Sequence record: PZ662386.1
Strand: one strand, 5' to 3'
Length of the DNA stretch: 52,735 nt
Origin: a phage
The notes beneath the pieces are model-generated. The model worked only from the letters and a program-made list of their open reading frames with translations. It did not search any database and was not told where the DNA came from. Shown here one piece after another: positions 38,940 to 47,927 of the stretch (position 1 is the first letter of the stretch; the number at the start of each line of letters is the position of its first letter). The position numbers and the translations under genes were made by a program.

Positions 38940-39226
38940 ACTTACAAGACAAATCTAAAGAAGAGTTGATTGAGATTATTCAGAAAGAGCACGAACTCGC
39001 TGGCATCACAATTAACTTTGAACTCCAGGCAATGCAAGCTGTTGCTTTGGGTCACGGTCTAATGGCTACACTCATTCATGCCAAGAATGTGTTGGGCGTT
39101 AACGACGAAAAATACCAAATTCTGGAGAAAGCTGCGCAAGGGCGGATTTCGCAGTGCTTGGTGACATTAGTTGATTTGGGAATCGACGCAGAAACTGCGA
39201 ACAAACGTATCCTACAAGGCCACTAA
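38900..39226 (+). CDS. hypothetical protein
   Basis: 108-aa ORF; start uncertain (ATG 38900 or TTG 38933 with GGAG RBS). Confidence 0.4.
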   Translation: MDNKPTDLRSSILNLQDKSKEELIEIIQKEHELAGITINFELQAMQAVALGHGLMATLIHAKNVLGVNDEKYQILEKAAQGRISQCLVTLVDLGIDAETANKRILQGH

Positions 39227-39227
39227 A

Positions 39228-39902
39228 ATGTCTTATCATGATGATGACAAAGAGATTGCACTATCAACGTGTAAGCAATGGCTCAATGATAATGATGCCG
39301 TCTATCTTGCCAAGGAAGATGTTATCATTATGTGGGTCCATTTTAATCCAGAATCGAAGCGCGGTGAGTGGCAACGCTACAAGATGAAAGAGGCTTGCCG
39401 CATAATTAAAGCCACACGCGCTGGCTTCTCTGCTATGAAGTACATCAAGCCAGAGATGCTAATGCTTGCTGCACAGGAAGAAGAACGTGCATATAAGCAA
39501 GCTGTTAAATCTCGTTCAACTGTTCCTCCAGAGTTCTTTAATTTGGAGCGCGCTGGACACTTCAACAATTTAGAAATGTTGACACTGTGCCTGTTGCAAG
39601 AATTAGTTGGAAGAGGACAAAACATTGAAGCTGTTTGTCTTGGAGAACTCATGAAAGAGTTGTTCTCGGCAAAGGGCTTTGCTGTGCCAAACCGAACTTT
39701 ACGCTGGAAATTGTTGCGAGCAGTCGCGCAAGAAGCTGGTGTAGTTGTTCGTGACAGAACAAACCGACTCACTGTAACTGGAGTTGGGCGTTTTGTAGCA
39801 ATCCAGATTGAGGGTTATGACGAATCAATCATCACTGAACTCACTGTCGCTGAGACAAAGGATTTAGTAAATAAAACACTAGAACGATTCAATAGATATT
39901 GA
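39228..39902 (+). CDS. hypothetical protein (224 aa)
   Basis: ATG at 39228 just after upstream stop; no motif recognised. Confidence 0.45.
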   Translation: MSYHDDDKEIALSTCKQWLNDNDAVYLAKEDVIIMWVHFNPESKRGEWQRYKMKEACRIIKATRAGFSAMKYIKPEMLMLAAQEEERAYKQAVKSRSTVPPEFFNLERAGHFNNLEMLTLCLLQELVGRGQNIEAVCLGELMKELFSAKGFAVPNRTLRWKLLRAVAQEAGVVVRDRTNRLTVTGVGRFVAIQIEGYDESIITELTVAETKDLVNKTLERFNRY

Positions 39903-39931
39903 GTCGTTTGACGAATCAGAGCAGTTCTGAA

Positions 39932-39949
39932 ACATTAGTTGGATGTGGA
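39932..39949 (+). promoter_or_regulatory. conserved promoter-like motif
   Basis: ACATTAGTTGGATGTGGA preceded by TTCTGAAAC; 77 nt upstream of the acidic-protein gene. Confidence 0.4.
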
Positions 39950-40025
39950 AAGAGAAAGGCTCTTTAATTTTATCTAAGTCACGTCACCGTGGCGTGCAAA
40001 ACTATTCAATATAAGGTATATACAA

Positions 40026-40364
40026 ATGGCTAAGATTGTAACCGTAACTCAGTACGAAGCTAACGATGGTTCACTGTTCCTGACCGAAGCAGAGTGTAAT
40101 GCACATGACTTCAAACTGGAAAACGGTGCTAAAATTGAGAAAGCTGCCGAAGCGTACCTGAACACCGTTGGCGCTATCGACCGTTCTCGCTCCATGCAGA
40201 AGAACACCATCGAGCAGTTCCTGGCATTCTACCTGCCGTGGGTTGAAGCTGGTGAGCCGGAAGTTGAGCGTACTAAGTTTGATACTCCGAAAGAAGCTAA
40301 AGTTGCTGACGCAGGTGTTGCCGAAGCTGCCGAAGCTGCTGTTGAAGAAGCTCCGGTATTCTAA
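40026..40364 (+). CDS. small acidic protein with high-expression codon usage
   Basis: 112 aa, Glu/Asp/Ala-rich C-terminus; first gene after a promoter-like motif. Confidence 0.5.
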   Translation: MAKIVTVTQYEANDGSLFLTEAECNAHDFKLENGAKIEKAAEAYLNTVGAIDRSRSMQKNTIEQFLAFYLPWVEAGEPEVERTKFDTPKEAKVADAGVAEAAEAAVEEAPVF

Positions 40365-41268
40365 GGTGCCAATGGCAAACTTGAGAGACTAAGCTAAATC
40401 GATCTGGCATGCACTGGAATATTTCCGGTGCTGCCTTGAACCCACTCCAGAGTGAGTGAGTGGGCTTCAATGAGCATTCTTGTGATTAGAGTTGGGAGGT
40501 AGGCCGATGCCCAAGCTCATGGCCCAGGCAAGAGTGTTCATTGAAGTAGTTTTCTGAGTCTTACGACGGGCCTAAACTGCCTGAAGTTATTGCGACTGTT
40601 TTATTCATTTAAAATAAATGCAAATGATTCTGAAATGCGAGTTGCGGCTTAATTAAATTTAAGTCCTCTCCGTGGTCTTCCAATCCCACGTAACCAAATT
40701 TGGCGCATTGTGGCTTCGAGATGTGATTAATAAATCGGAGCAATAATTAATTTGTATTCTGCGATGCAATGCAGGCTTAAGTCCCCAGTGCGCGTGGGGA
40801 TGTGACAGAGTACAAACTTAATTATGCAGTTGGATATTTCTAGAGGACGGACGAGCACACTGGAATGTCTTCAATTGGTTTAGTGTGAGAAGCTGTGCCA
40901 ATATGAAACGTAACTCCTTGGGGAAGTGCTCCTCTGGATTTCCCTCCACACAGGAATCTCAAGCCTGTGGCAGCGACTTCGAAGCTGCACTGCGTAACCT
41001 AAATTCACCCTAAAGTGAGTTGCCCTGAGTATGGAAATAAACTGCTCATAACCGATGGTATCTACAAAGGTAGATTAAATCAGGTTGCCTGTTGGTACTT
41101 GGGTTCAACACCTGCTTGCACTCGCAAAGTAGTGCCTCGTACCTGAGATGAAGTGAGTCGGGACCATCAATCCCACGTTATGTCAAAACACAGTAGGCGA
41201 CTCACGGATTCTACAAGCCTCGCAGTTCGGGAAAACCTGCGTTATCAAAACCCCCCCCACTCATATTT

Positions 41269-41361
41269 GGACGAGTAGCTCAGAAGGTCTGCTCCAGAGC
41301 TTAGTCAGGTAGAGCAATCTGTTCGACAGATGTGTCGTTGGTTCGAATCCAACCTCGTCCA
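41269..41361 (+). tRNA. tRNA-like gene, non-canonical (93 nt; possible UCG anticodon)
   Basis: Perfect 7-bp acceptor stem GGACGAG/CTCGTCC, TAGCTCAG...AGGTAGAGC D-arm interrupted by ~23 nt, canonical T-arm GTTGG TTCGAAT CCAAC; anticodon arm ambiguous. Confidence 0.4.
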
Positions 41362-41394
41362 CCTACTTTAATAATCCGCAACACTGGAGTCCTT

Positions 41395-41535
41395 ATGGAT
41401 TTTGATGCACTTGATAACTTAGACTTCGGTGCTGCCGAAGAAGCAATTGAAGAACTTAAGAAGAAGCAGGACGAAGAAGCAATCGTTCCTGGTGAGGGCG
41501 ATAACGACTGCTCAAGCGGTGCTTGCGCCATCTAA
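41395..41535 (+). CDS. small acidic protein
   Basis: 46-aa ORF with GGAG RBS immediately after the tRNA-like element. Confidence 0.3.
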   Translation: MDFDALDNLDFGAAEEAIEELKKKQDEEAIVPGEGDNDCSSGACAI

Positions 41536-41543
41536 GGTGATTT

Positions 41544-41780
41544 ATGCAACAGCTTAAATCAATAGTTCTTGGCGTCCTGACTGCATTTGGTATTCTAATT
41601 GCAGTGTTCCTCAAAGGCAAAAGCTCAGGCAAAGCCGAGGAGCGTCAGGAAGCCACAGAGAAGCAACTAGATTCATTAAAAGAATCTATCGAGATTAAAT
41701 CGCATGTTCAGAAAGAAGTGTCTAGCAGTTCTGATAGCAATGTCGATAGTGAGTTGCTCTCAAAGTGGGTTCGTAAGTGA
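41544..41780 (+). CDS. i-spanin-like protein (Rz-like)
   Basis: N-terminal TM helix then charged coiled-coil region; the lipoprotein ORF is embedded in its 3' end. Confidence 0.45.
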   Translation: MQQLKSIVLGVLTAFGILIAVFLKGKSSGKAEERQEATEKQLDSLKESIEIKSHVQKEVSSSSDSNVDSELLSKWVRK

Positions 41781-41913
41781 TTATTGCTTAATTGCACAAC
41801 CAATCTATTTGGATATTGCAGAAGTGAAAATCTTATCACGCGAAACCAAAACACAGATTTTAGTCCACAATGAAACGTGGGCACAAAAGTGTTCTCAACT
41901 TACCCGACAGTGA
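41704..41913 (+). CDS. o-spanin-like lipoprotein (Rz1-like)
   Basis: Signal peptide with lipobox-like IVSC; overlaps the 3' end of the upstream gene in another frame. Confidence 0.45.
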   Translation: MFRKKCLAVLIAMSIVSCSQSGFVSDYCLIAQPIYLDIAEVKILSRETKTQILVHNETWAQKCSQLTRQ

Positions 41914-42290
41914 GTGAACAAATGCTCGCCAACGCATTTCATTTGGCAGTCCGGTACGGGACTTTAAACACACGTATATCATAGTCGAGGGAGTGTGCGA
42001 CTTTAAATAACGAGACTCTAGCAACTTGTTGCGATGGTGGTGTAAGCCCACGCGTTTGGAAGCAGGACTCCAACTCAAACAAACCTGCAAATTGCTCTGG
42101 GCATAACAATTGAAATTGCTGCCTCGCATTGAACGCGAGAAAGTTCAGGTAGTCACTTCCTAGAACAGTGGCCGGGAACAGACCTAGACAAAGTGCTTGA
42201 GAACGTTAGCTCTGTCTTGCCAGCATTAATGGCACGTTGGCCGCGTAAAGGCCACAGCGTCTGACCAACGTATCGGTCAACTAATTCAAT

Positions 42291-42358
42291 GGGATTTTCG
42301 TATGTACGGGCTTGACCGTGGTGAAACGACCTGACTGGTTCGATTCCAGTAAATCCCC
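42291..42358 (+). ncRNA. tRNA-like element (68 nt, truncated cloverleaf)
   Basis: Perfect 7-bp acceptor-like stem GGGATTT/AAATCCC, T-arm ACTGG TTCGATT CCAGT, one internal hairpin. Confidence 0.3.
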
Positions 42359-42474
42359 CGAACAATGGATTCGTAGAGTTAATGAAACCTGCACAACGGG
42401 CTAGGTGAAACATCTGAGGCCGACCGTGTAATTGTGAACGTGGAGTTCACCGAATCCACCAAATCAATGGGCTA

Positions 42475-42541
42475 GTGCAAATGTCAGTCACTAGAAGATG
42501 TGTTGCAAAACGTCTTCCATGATGTGCAAAGTGTCAGTCAC
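42475..42541 (+). repeat. direct repeat GTGCAAA(T/GT)GTCAGTCAC x2
   Basis: Copies at 42475-42491 and 42524-42541; flanked by repeated CCACCAAAT. Confidence 0.5.
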
Positions 42542-42967
42542 GTGCCCACCAAATACGGAGACGCTCGAACTTCCAACCACCGCTGGGGAAGTAGAAGTTT
42601 GTAGAACTCCGCCATTTTCCTAACAGTTATGCCTCTGTTCAAAAGGCTCATGTAAGCGTCTGGCATACCGTAGCGATACGGCTTAGTTGCGCTGATTGTG
42701 ATGTGTCGAAAGAAAGTTCAGGCTTTCGTTTGAGTTCCTCCTCATCTCGAAGTTAGCTGTATTCAAAATACAGACTATGTTCCTATTCACATGAAATATG
42801 CAAGTCAGGGTTCTTAATGTTCAAACATGATGCGAGCATTAAGCGGGTTTATACTTTCCCCGATGGTCCCCATAAACAAGGTTGATTCACTTGGGCGGTT
42901 CGAATCAAATTTAATAAGTGTTTTGTAATAGTCAGGGCACTTACTTAAATTTTAACTGGAGAGAAAC

Positions 42968-43198
42968 ATGAAAACTGCTGAAATTGCCGAAGAGATTTAC
43001 AAGGCCGTAATAGCCAGCCAAATTACAAGTGAAGTTCTGCACATGAATATTGAAGAAGTTCGCAATGCCTTTGGTGGTTTTGCAATCTTGTCAATAGAAG
43101 CTGCGGAAGCACTGACAAGCACGTACAATCAACGCGAATATGAAAAGCGTTCTGTACTAAATGCGTCGATGAAAGAAATTCAGGCGTCATTAAAATAA
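42968..43198 (+). CDS. hypothetical protein
   Basis: 76-aa ORF with GGAGAG RBS, first gene of replication block. Confidence 0.45.
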   Translation: MKTAEIAEEIYKAVIASQITSEVLHMNIEEVRNAFGGFAILSIEAAEALTSTYNQREYEKRSVLNASMKEIQASLK

Positions 43199-43253
43199 TA
43201 CCATTATCATGGTGCGGAGCTAATTATCTCCCACCATATGAACCGGAGAGCAA

Positions 43254-43904
43254 ATGATTACTGCAACACTCGTTGACCACATGGGCAGCGACCTTACAAC
43301 TGTTAATGCTGCACGAGCTTCTTATGGTGCAGAGTCCCACGAGATGACATTGCGCGACGAAAAGCTCATTGAATTTCTCGCAAGGCATAAGCACAATACA
43401 CCTTTTGCCCATGCGTATGTAACATTACGCTGCACTGCACCAATCTTTGTTGCACGCCAACTTGGTAAGCACCAGGTGGGCTTTCGTTGGAACGAAGTTA
43501 GCCGTCGTTACAAAGATGGCGAAGCAATCGAAATTGAATGCTTTGTACCTGATGTGGTGTTTGGTCGTCCTGAAAAGTTGATGACTCAGACTGCACAACC
43601 ATTGCCACAGGATTTTGCTGACGATATTCACTATCGCATGGAAAGCCACAACAAGGCTTGCATTGCAGAATATGAAACGTTAATTGGTTTGGGGATTGCT
43701 CCAGAGCAAGCCCGAATGGTGTTGCCACAATCCATGATGACTACATGGATTTGGACTGGCTCTTTACTGGGCTGGGCCAACATGTACAAGCAACGCTCTA
43801 CAGAGCACGCCCAATATGAGGCACGTTTGTTTGCAAAAGAAGTCAATAAAATTATGTCAGAGTTGTTTCCTGTTTGCTGGGAGGCACTCATTAAACAGGA
43901 ATAA
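43254..43904 (+). CDS. ThyX-like flavin-dependent thymidylate synthase homolog (divergent motif)
   Basis: ThyX-like core FVARQLGKHQVGFRWNEVSRRY, with the canonical RHR apparently replaced by KHQ. Confidence 0.55.
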   Translation: MITATLVDHMGSDLTTVNAARASYGAESHEMTLRDEKLIEFLARHKHNTPFAHAYVTLRCTAPIFVARQLGKHQVGFRWNEVSRRYKDGEAIEIECFVPDVVFGRPEKLMTQTAQPLPQDFADDIHYRMESHNKACIAEYETLIGLGIAPEQARMVLPQSMMTTWIWTGSLLGWANMYKQRSTEHAQYEARLFAKEVNKIMSELFPVCWEALIKQE

Positions 43905-45671
43905 ATGATGAACGTTAAGCAATGTGTGGCTAAGATTAAGCACGATGTACCAGACTGTAAATCCACATCTGGCAAGTCTTTACAGGTTTGGTTGAATGTC
44001 GATGAAGCTGGTAATAAGAATTTTTCTGGTTACTGTTTTGCATGTGGCGTTCTAGTACCAAATCCTTATGGCAATAATCCGGAGAACATTCCAGAGATTA
44101 AAGTCAAAACTCCTGAAGAAATTCAGGAAGAAGTTGATGAAATCACTGCTTGTCCTCCGTTTGATTTAACCCATCGCAGCATTGAGCCAGAATTTTGGAA
44201 AGCTGCTGGTGTTCGACTTCTGTATTCAGAGTATGATGGAAAGACTCCAAATGCTCTGGCACATGGCTACACCAAAAATGGTAAACTTGTTCGTTGGAAG
44301 ATTAAACTTCTGAACAAGAAGGTTATGTGGTCAGTTGGCGACACCCAGGGTAACGACCCTTACAACTGGATGGCTGCAAAAGCAATTGGCGGTAAGACAC
44401 TGTTCATCACAGAAGGTGAAGAAGACTGTATCGCATTGCGCCAAATCCTCAAAACTATGAACCGTGGTGGTGCATACGAAGATTTGGATTTTGCTGTAAT
44501 TAGTTTGAGTGACGGAAGTGATTCCGTACACAAATGTTTGTCACCAGTTGCAGAAGAAATTAAGCAACGTTGGGAACAGGTTGTTATCGTATTTGATGAT
44601 GATGAACCTGGACGTAAAGCTGCAAAAGAAGCGTGTCGATTGTTGCCTGGCGCAATGATTGCAACACTTCCAGCTAACGATGCCAACGATTGTTTGAAGC
44701 GTGGCTTGCTCAAAGCTACTCAATCTGCTGTTGTGTTTCGTGCTGCTCGACCTTTGCCAACTGCCCTTGTCGATAAAAAGCTTCTTATGGAAGAACTGGA
44801 CGATGAAGTTGAGCAAGGTGTTGACTACCCTTGGACGCGAATGACTGAGCTAATGTTTGGTCAACGTCGTGCTGAGGTAATCACAATTGGTGGTGCAGAA
44901 GGTGGCGGTAAGACTACTATGTCTCGCCAGATTGTACACCACAACATTGTCCAGCATGATTGGGGAGTGTTCACAGCGTACATGGAAGAGCCTCCATCCG
45001 AAACATTACGCCGTATGGCTGGCCTTAATGACAACTTGCCATATTGGGAGCCTGCGTTCACTCGCGAAGACCCTCGATATGATGAAGCGAAGTTCCGTCA
45101 AACTGCTGCGAAGATGCTTCGTAACATGGAGATTTGGGACCGCAAGCAAGCTGGAGAAGACCCTTATGAAACCTGGGATGGGTTAAAGACGATTCTTCGT
45201 CAGATTGGACCAGACATTGATATGTTTGTCCTTGATAACTTAACCTACTTATCGGAAGGGATTTCTGCCTCAGAGAAGAACGACTTCTTAGGTAAGCTGT
45301 ATGCAGATATTACTAAGCTGGCAGACCAATATCAGTTCCATGTAAATATCTTGTCGCACCTTAACCCTGTGGCAAAAGGTCAACGACCTCATGAGGATGG
45401 TGGACGTATTAAGAAGTCAGACTTTACTGGCTCCCGTGCTGCTGCTAAATATTCTCATGGCATGTTCGGCTTTGAGCGTAATAGCCAGGCAGTTGACCCA
45501 AACTGTTCTATCATTCGTTCCATTAAGGCTCGTAAGAGTGGTAAAACAGAAGGCTTCAAGACATACTACGACACCGAATCCGGTCGAATCATCCAACGTT
45601 CTTGGGATGACTCACTGTTCGAAACCAAAGAGATTGTTCAACTCACTAAGAAGAACGGTCCACACCAATAA
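43905..45671 (+). CDS. primase-helicase (T7 gp4-like)
   Basis: N-terminal Cys zinc motif, TOPRIM (ITEGEEDCIAL, VFDDDEPGRKA), Walker A GGAEGGGKTT, Walker B MFVLDNLT. Confidence 0.85.
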   Translation: MMNVKQCVAKIKHDVPDCKSTSGKSLQVWLNVDEAGNKNFSGYCFACGVLVPNPYGNNPENIPEIKVKTPEEIQEEVDEITACPPFDLTHRSIEPEFWKAAGVRLLYSEYDGKTPNALAHGYTKNGKLVRWKIKLLNKKVMWSVGDTQGNDPYNWMAAKAIGGKTLFITEGEEDCIALRQILKTMNRGGAYEDLDFAVISLSDGSDSVHKCLSPVAEEIKQRWEQVVIVFDDDEPGRKAAKEACRLLPGAMIATLPANDANDCLKRGLLKATQSAVVFRAARPLPTALVDKKLLMEELDDEVEQGVDYPWTRMTELMFGQRRAEVITIGGAEGGGKTTMSRQIVHHNIVQHDWGVFTAYMEEPPSETLRRMAGLNDNLPYWEPAFTREDPRYDEAKFRQTAAKMLRNMEIWDRKQAGEDPYETWDGLKTILRQIGPDIDMFVLDNLTYLSEGISASEKNDFLGKLYADITKLADQYQFHVNILSHLNPVAKGQRPHEDGGRIKKSDFTGSRAAAKYSHGMFGFERNSQAVDPNCSIIRSIKARKSGKTEGFKTYYDTESGRIIQRSWDDSLFETKEIVQLTKKNGPHQ

Positions 45672-45736
45672 CAGAGCTGCTACGCTGCATGGTTCGCCCA
45701 CCAGCGTAGCCCTCACCAATCCATTGGAGCCATACT

Positions 45737-47671
45737 GTGTTGTATCCTTGGGAAAATATGTACGCCAGTGACATTGAAACAACTGGCCTGTTGGAGCAAA
45801 TGCGCAAGCAAGCTGCACCACGTCTTCACAACATCGGGCATATTGATGTTCTAACTCGTGAAGAAACTGTAATAGAGTGGACCGACAGAAAGTCTATCCA
45901 GGCATTTCTGGATACAGGCCCGACACTAATCATGCACAACGGCGCAACCTTTGACTTCGAAGCACTGAGGTTCCTGGGCTACGACGTTTCAAAATGTACC
46001 TTAATTGATACTTTGTTTATCAGTTGGTATCTGCAACCTCGTCGTGTTAAGCACGGCTTAGAAGGTTACGGCGAAGAGTTTGGTGTGCCAAAACCGGTCA
46101 TTGAAGATTGGGAAAATCAAACTCAAGAAGAGTACAACCATCGTGTGATGGAAGACTGCAAGATTCAGTTGAAGCTGTGGGAACAGCAATACATTCAACT
46201 CTTGAAGATTTATAAATCTCCTGGCGAAGTTAAACGCTTCGTTGAGTACCTGATGACAAAAGCTCGTCAGCAAGTTATTCAACAACGTACTCGCTGGAAG
46301 TTGAACATTGAGAAGGCATTGGCATTTAAGGCCAAGCTGGAGCCAATGATTAAAGAGAAGACGGACGCATTGGAAGCATCAATGCCGCGTGTTCCAGAGT
46401 ATGTTATCAAAACCCGTCCAGCTAAATGCCACAAGATGAATGGGCAACTGTCTGCCACTGGAATTAAGTGGAAGGCTATTTGTGATGCGAACGGCTTGGA
46501 CTGGAAAGACCCAGACCTGGCTATAAAAGTTCTTAAAGGTTACAAGAAGCCTAATGCTGGTTCACATGTTCAAATCAAAGATTGGTTGTTCAGCCTAGGT
46601 TGGGAACCAGAAACCTTTAAGTTTGACCGCAACAAGGAAACAGGTGAAACTCGCCAGATTCCACAAATCACTGTGAAGGATGAAGATGGCAATCCTGAAA
46701 TATGTCCGAGCTTGCATAAGCTGGCGGAAAGAAACCCCGACTCTGGTATTCAACATCTTATTGGGATGGGCGTGTATAAACACCGTCTGTCTGTTGTTAA
46801 TGGCTTCCTTCGCGACGTCGATGAAGATGGGTTCCTTACTGCACGATGTGGTGGCCTTACCAATACTTTACGCCTTAAACATCGCGAACTTGTTAACCTC
46901 CCTTCTATTCGTGTATTTGGCGGTGAAGAACTGCGTTCAATGTTGGAAGCGTGGCGTGAAGACTACGAACAGTTAGGCTCTGACTTATGCTCTCTGGAAG
47001 ACCGCTGTAAGCACCACTTCCAGTGGATGTATGACCCTGAATACGTTAAGAAGCAGCTGGCACCAGACTACGATGCTCACCTTGCAATCGGCGTAATTGG
47101 TGGATTTATTACAGAACAGGAATCTCAGGACCACAAGGACGGGATTAAGAAGTGTAAACAACGTCCAATGTTTAAGACCACAAACTATGCTTGTCAGTAT
47201 GGTGCTGGTGTACCAACTGTAGCTCGTTCTGCTGGCTGTGACCAGACTACTGCTGCACGACTGCATAAAGCATATTGGGACTTGAACTGGTCTATTAAAG
47301 AGATTGCTGCAAACACCAAAGTTATCACAGTTGATGGTCAGATGTGGCAACAGAATCCAGTAAACAAATTCTGGTATTCATTGCGTACAGAGAAAGACCG
47401 CTTCTCCACATTGTGTCAGGGTACTGGTGCATATGTGTTTGATGTTTGGTGTAACAACATCATTGCAATTTGTAATGAACGTTGGGGCTGTGACCCACTT
47501 CTGTCCGGACAATTCCACGATGAATTGATTCTCCAAGTTAAGAAAGGTTTCCGTGATTTGTGGACGGACTTGCTTAATGAGGCAATGGACCGAACCAACA
47601 AAGAACTTAAACTTAACCGTGATTGTGCATGTGATGTGCAGTTCGGTGATAACTACGCGGAGATTCACTAA
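45737..47671 (+). CDS. DNA polymerase, family A, with 3'-5' exonuclease domain
   Basis: Exo motifs DIETTGL and HNGATFDFEAL; Pol motif B KTTNYACQYG; motif C QFHDELIL; GTG start. Confidence 0.85.
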   Translation: MLYPWENMYASDIETTGLLEQMRKQAAPRLHNIGHIDVLTREETVIEWTDRKSIQAFLDTGPTLIMHNGATFDFEALRFLGYDVSKCTLIDTLFISWYLQPRRVKHGLEGYGEEFGVPKPVIEDWENQTQEEYNHRVMEDCKIQLKLWEQQYIQLLKIYKSPGEVKRFVEYLMTKARQQVIQQRTRWKLNIEKALAFKAKLEPMIKEKTDALEASMPRVPEYVIKTRPAKCHKMNGQLSATGIKWKAICDANGLDWKDPDLAIKVLKGYKKPNAGSHVQIKDWLFSLGWEPETFKFDRNKETGETRQIPQITVKDEDGNPEICPSLHKLAERNPDSGIQHLIGMGVYKHRLSVVNGFLRDVDEDGFLTARCGGLTNTLRLKHRELVNLPSIRVFGGEELRSMLEAWREDYEQLGSDLCSLEDRCKHHFQWMYDPEYVKKQLAPDYDAHLAIGVIGGFITEQESQDHKDGIKKCKQRPMFKTTNYACQYGAGVPTVARSAGCDQTTAARLHKAYWDLNWSIKEIAANTKVITVDGQMWQQNPVNKFWYSLRTEKDRFSTLCQGTGAYVFDVWCNNIIAICNERWGCDPLLSGQFHDELILQVKKGFRDLWTDLLNEAMDRTNKELKLNRDCACDVQFGDNYAEIH

Positions 47672-47916
47672 TGCGTGTTTTGGCTCTATACGACCGACAT
47701 GAACAGAAGATTCACCAAGCTGCTGGCGATGTGCCAGCTACACAACTGGCGCTGTCTGCAATTGAGATGAACGCCTTGGCATTATTTGGAAGTGGTTTTG
47801 ATGACAACGAAGTCTACAAAACTGCAATCACTGCTCTGAAAGAATCGAAAGATTTCTCAGATACACAATCTATCCTGTCCGACCTGGACATTGACTCTCA
47901 CATTATTGAAATTTAA
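47671..47916 (+). CDS. hypothetical protein
   Basis: 81-aa ORF coupled to the polymerase stop. Confidence 0.4.
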   Translation: MRVLALYDRHEQKIHQAAGDVPATQLALSAIEMNALALFGSGFDDNEVYKTAITALKESKDFSDTQSILSDLDIDSHIIEI

Positions 47917-47927
47917 AGGTACTCAAA

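Noticed and set aside
41860-42413. Two minus-strand ORFs (41860-42129 and 42153-42413) in the ORF-poor region
   Set aside because: Opposite to the otherwise uniform coding strand, no RBS, and one overlaps the tRNA-like element at 42291-42358
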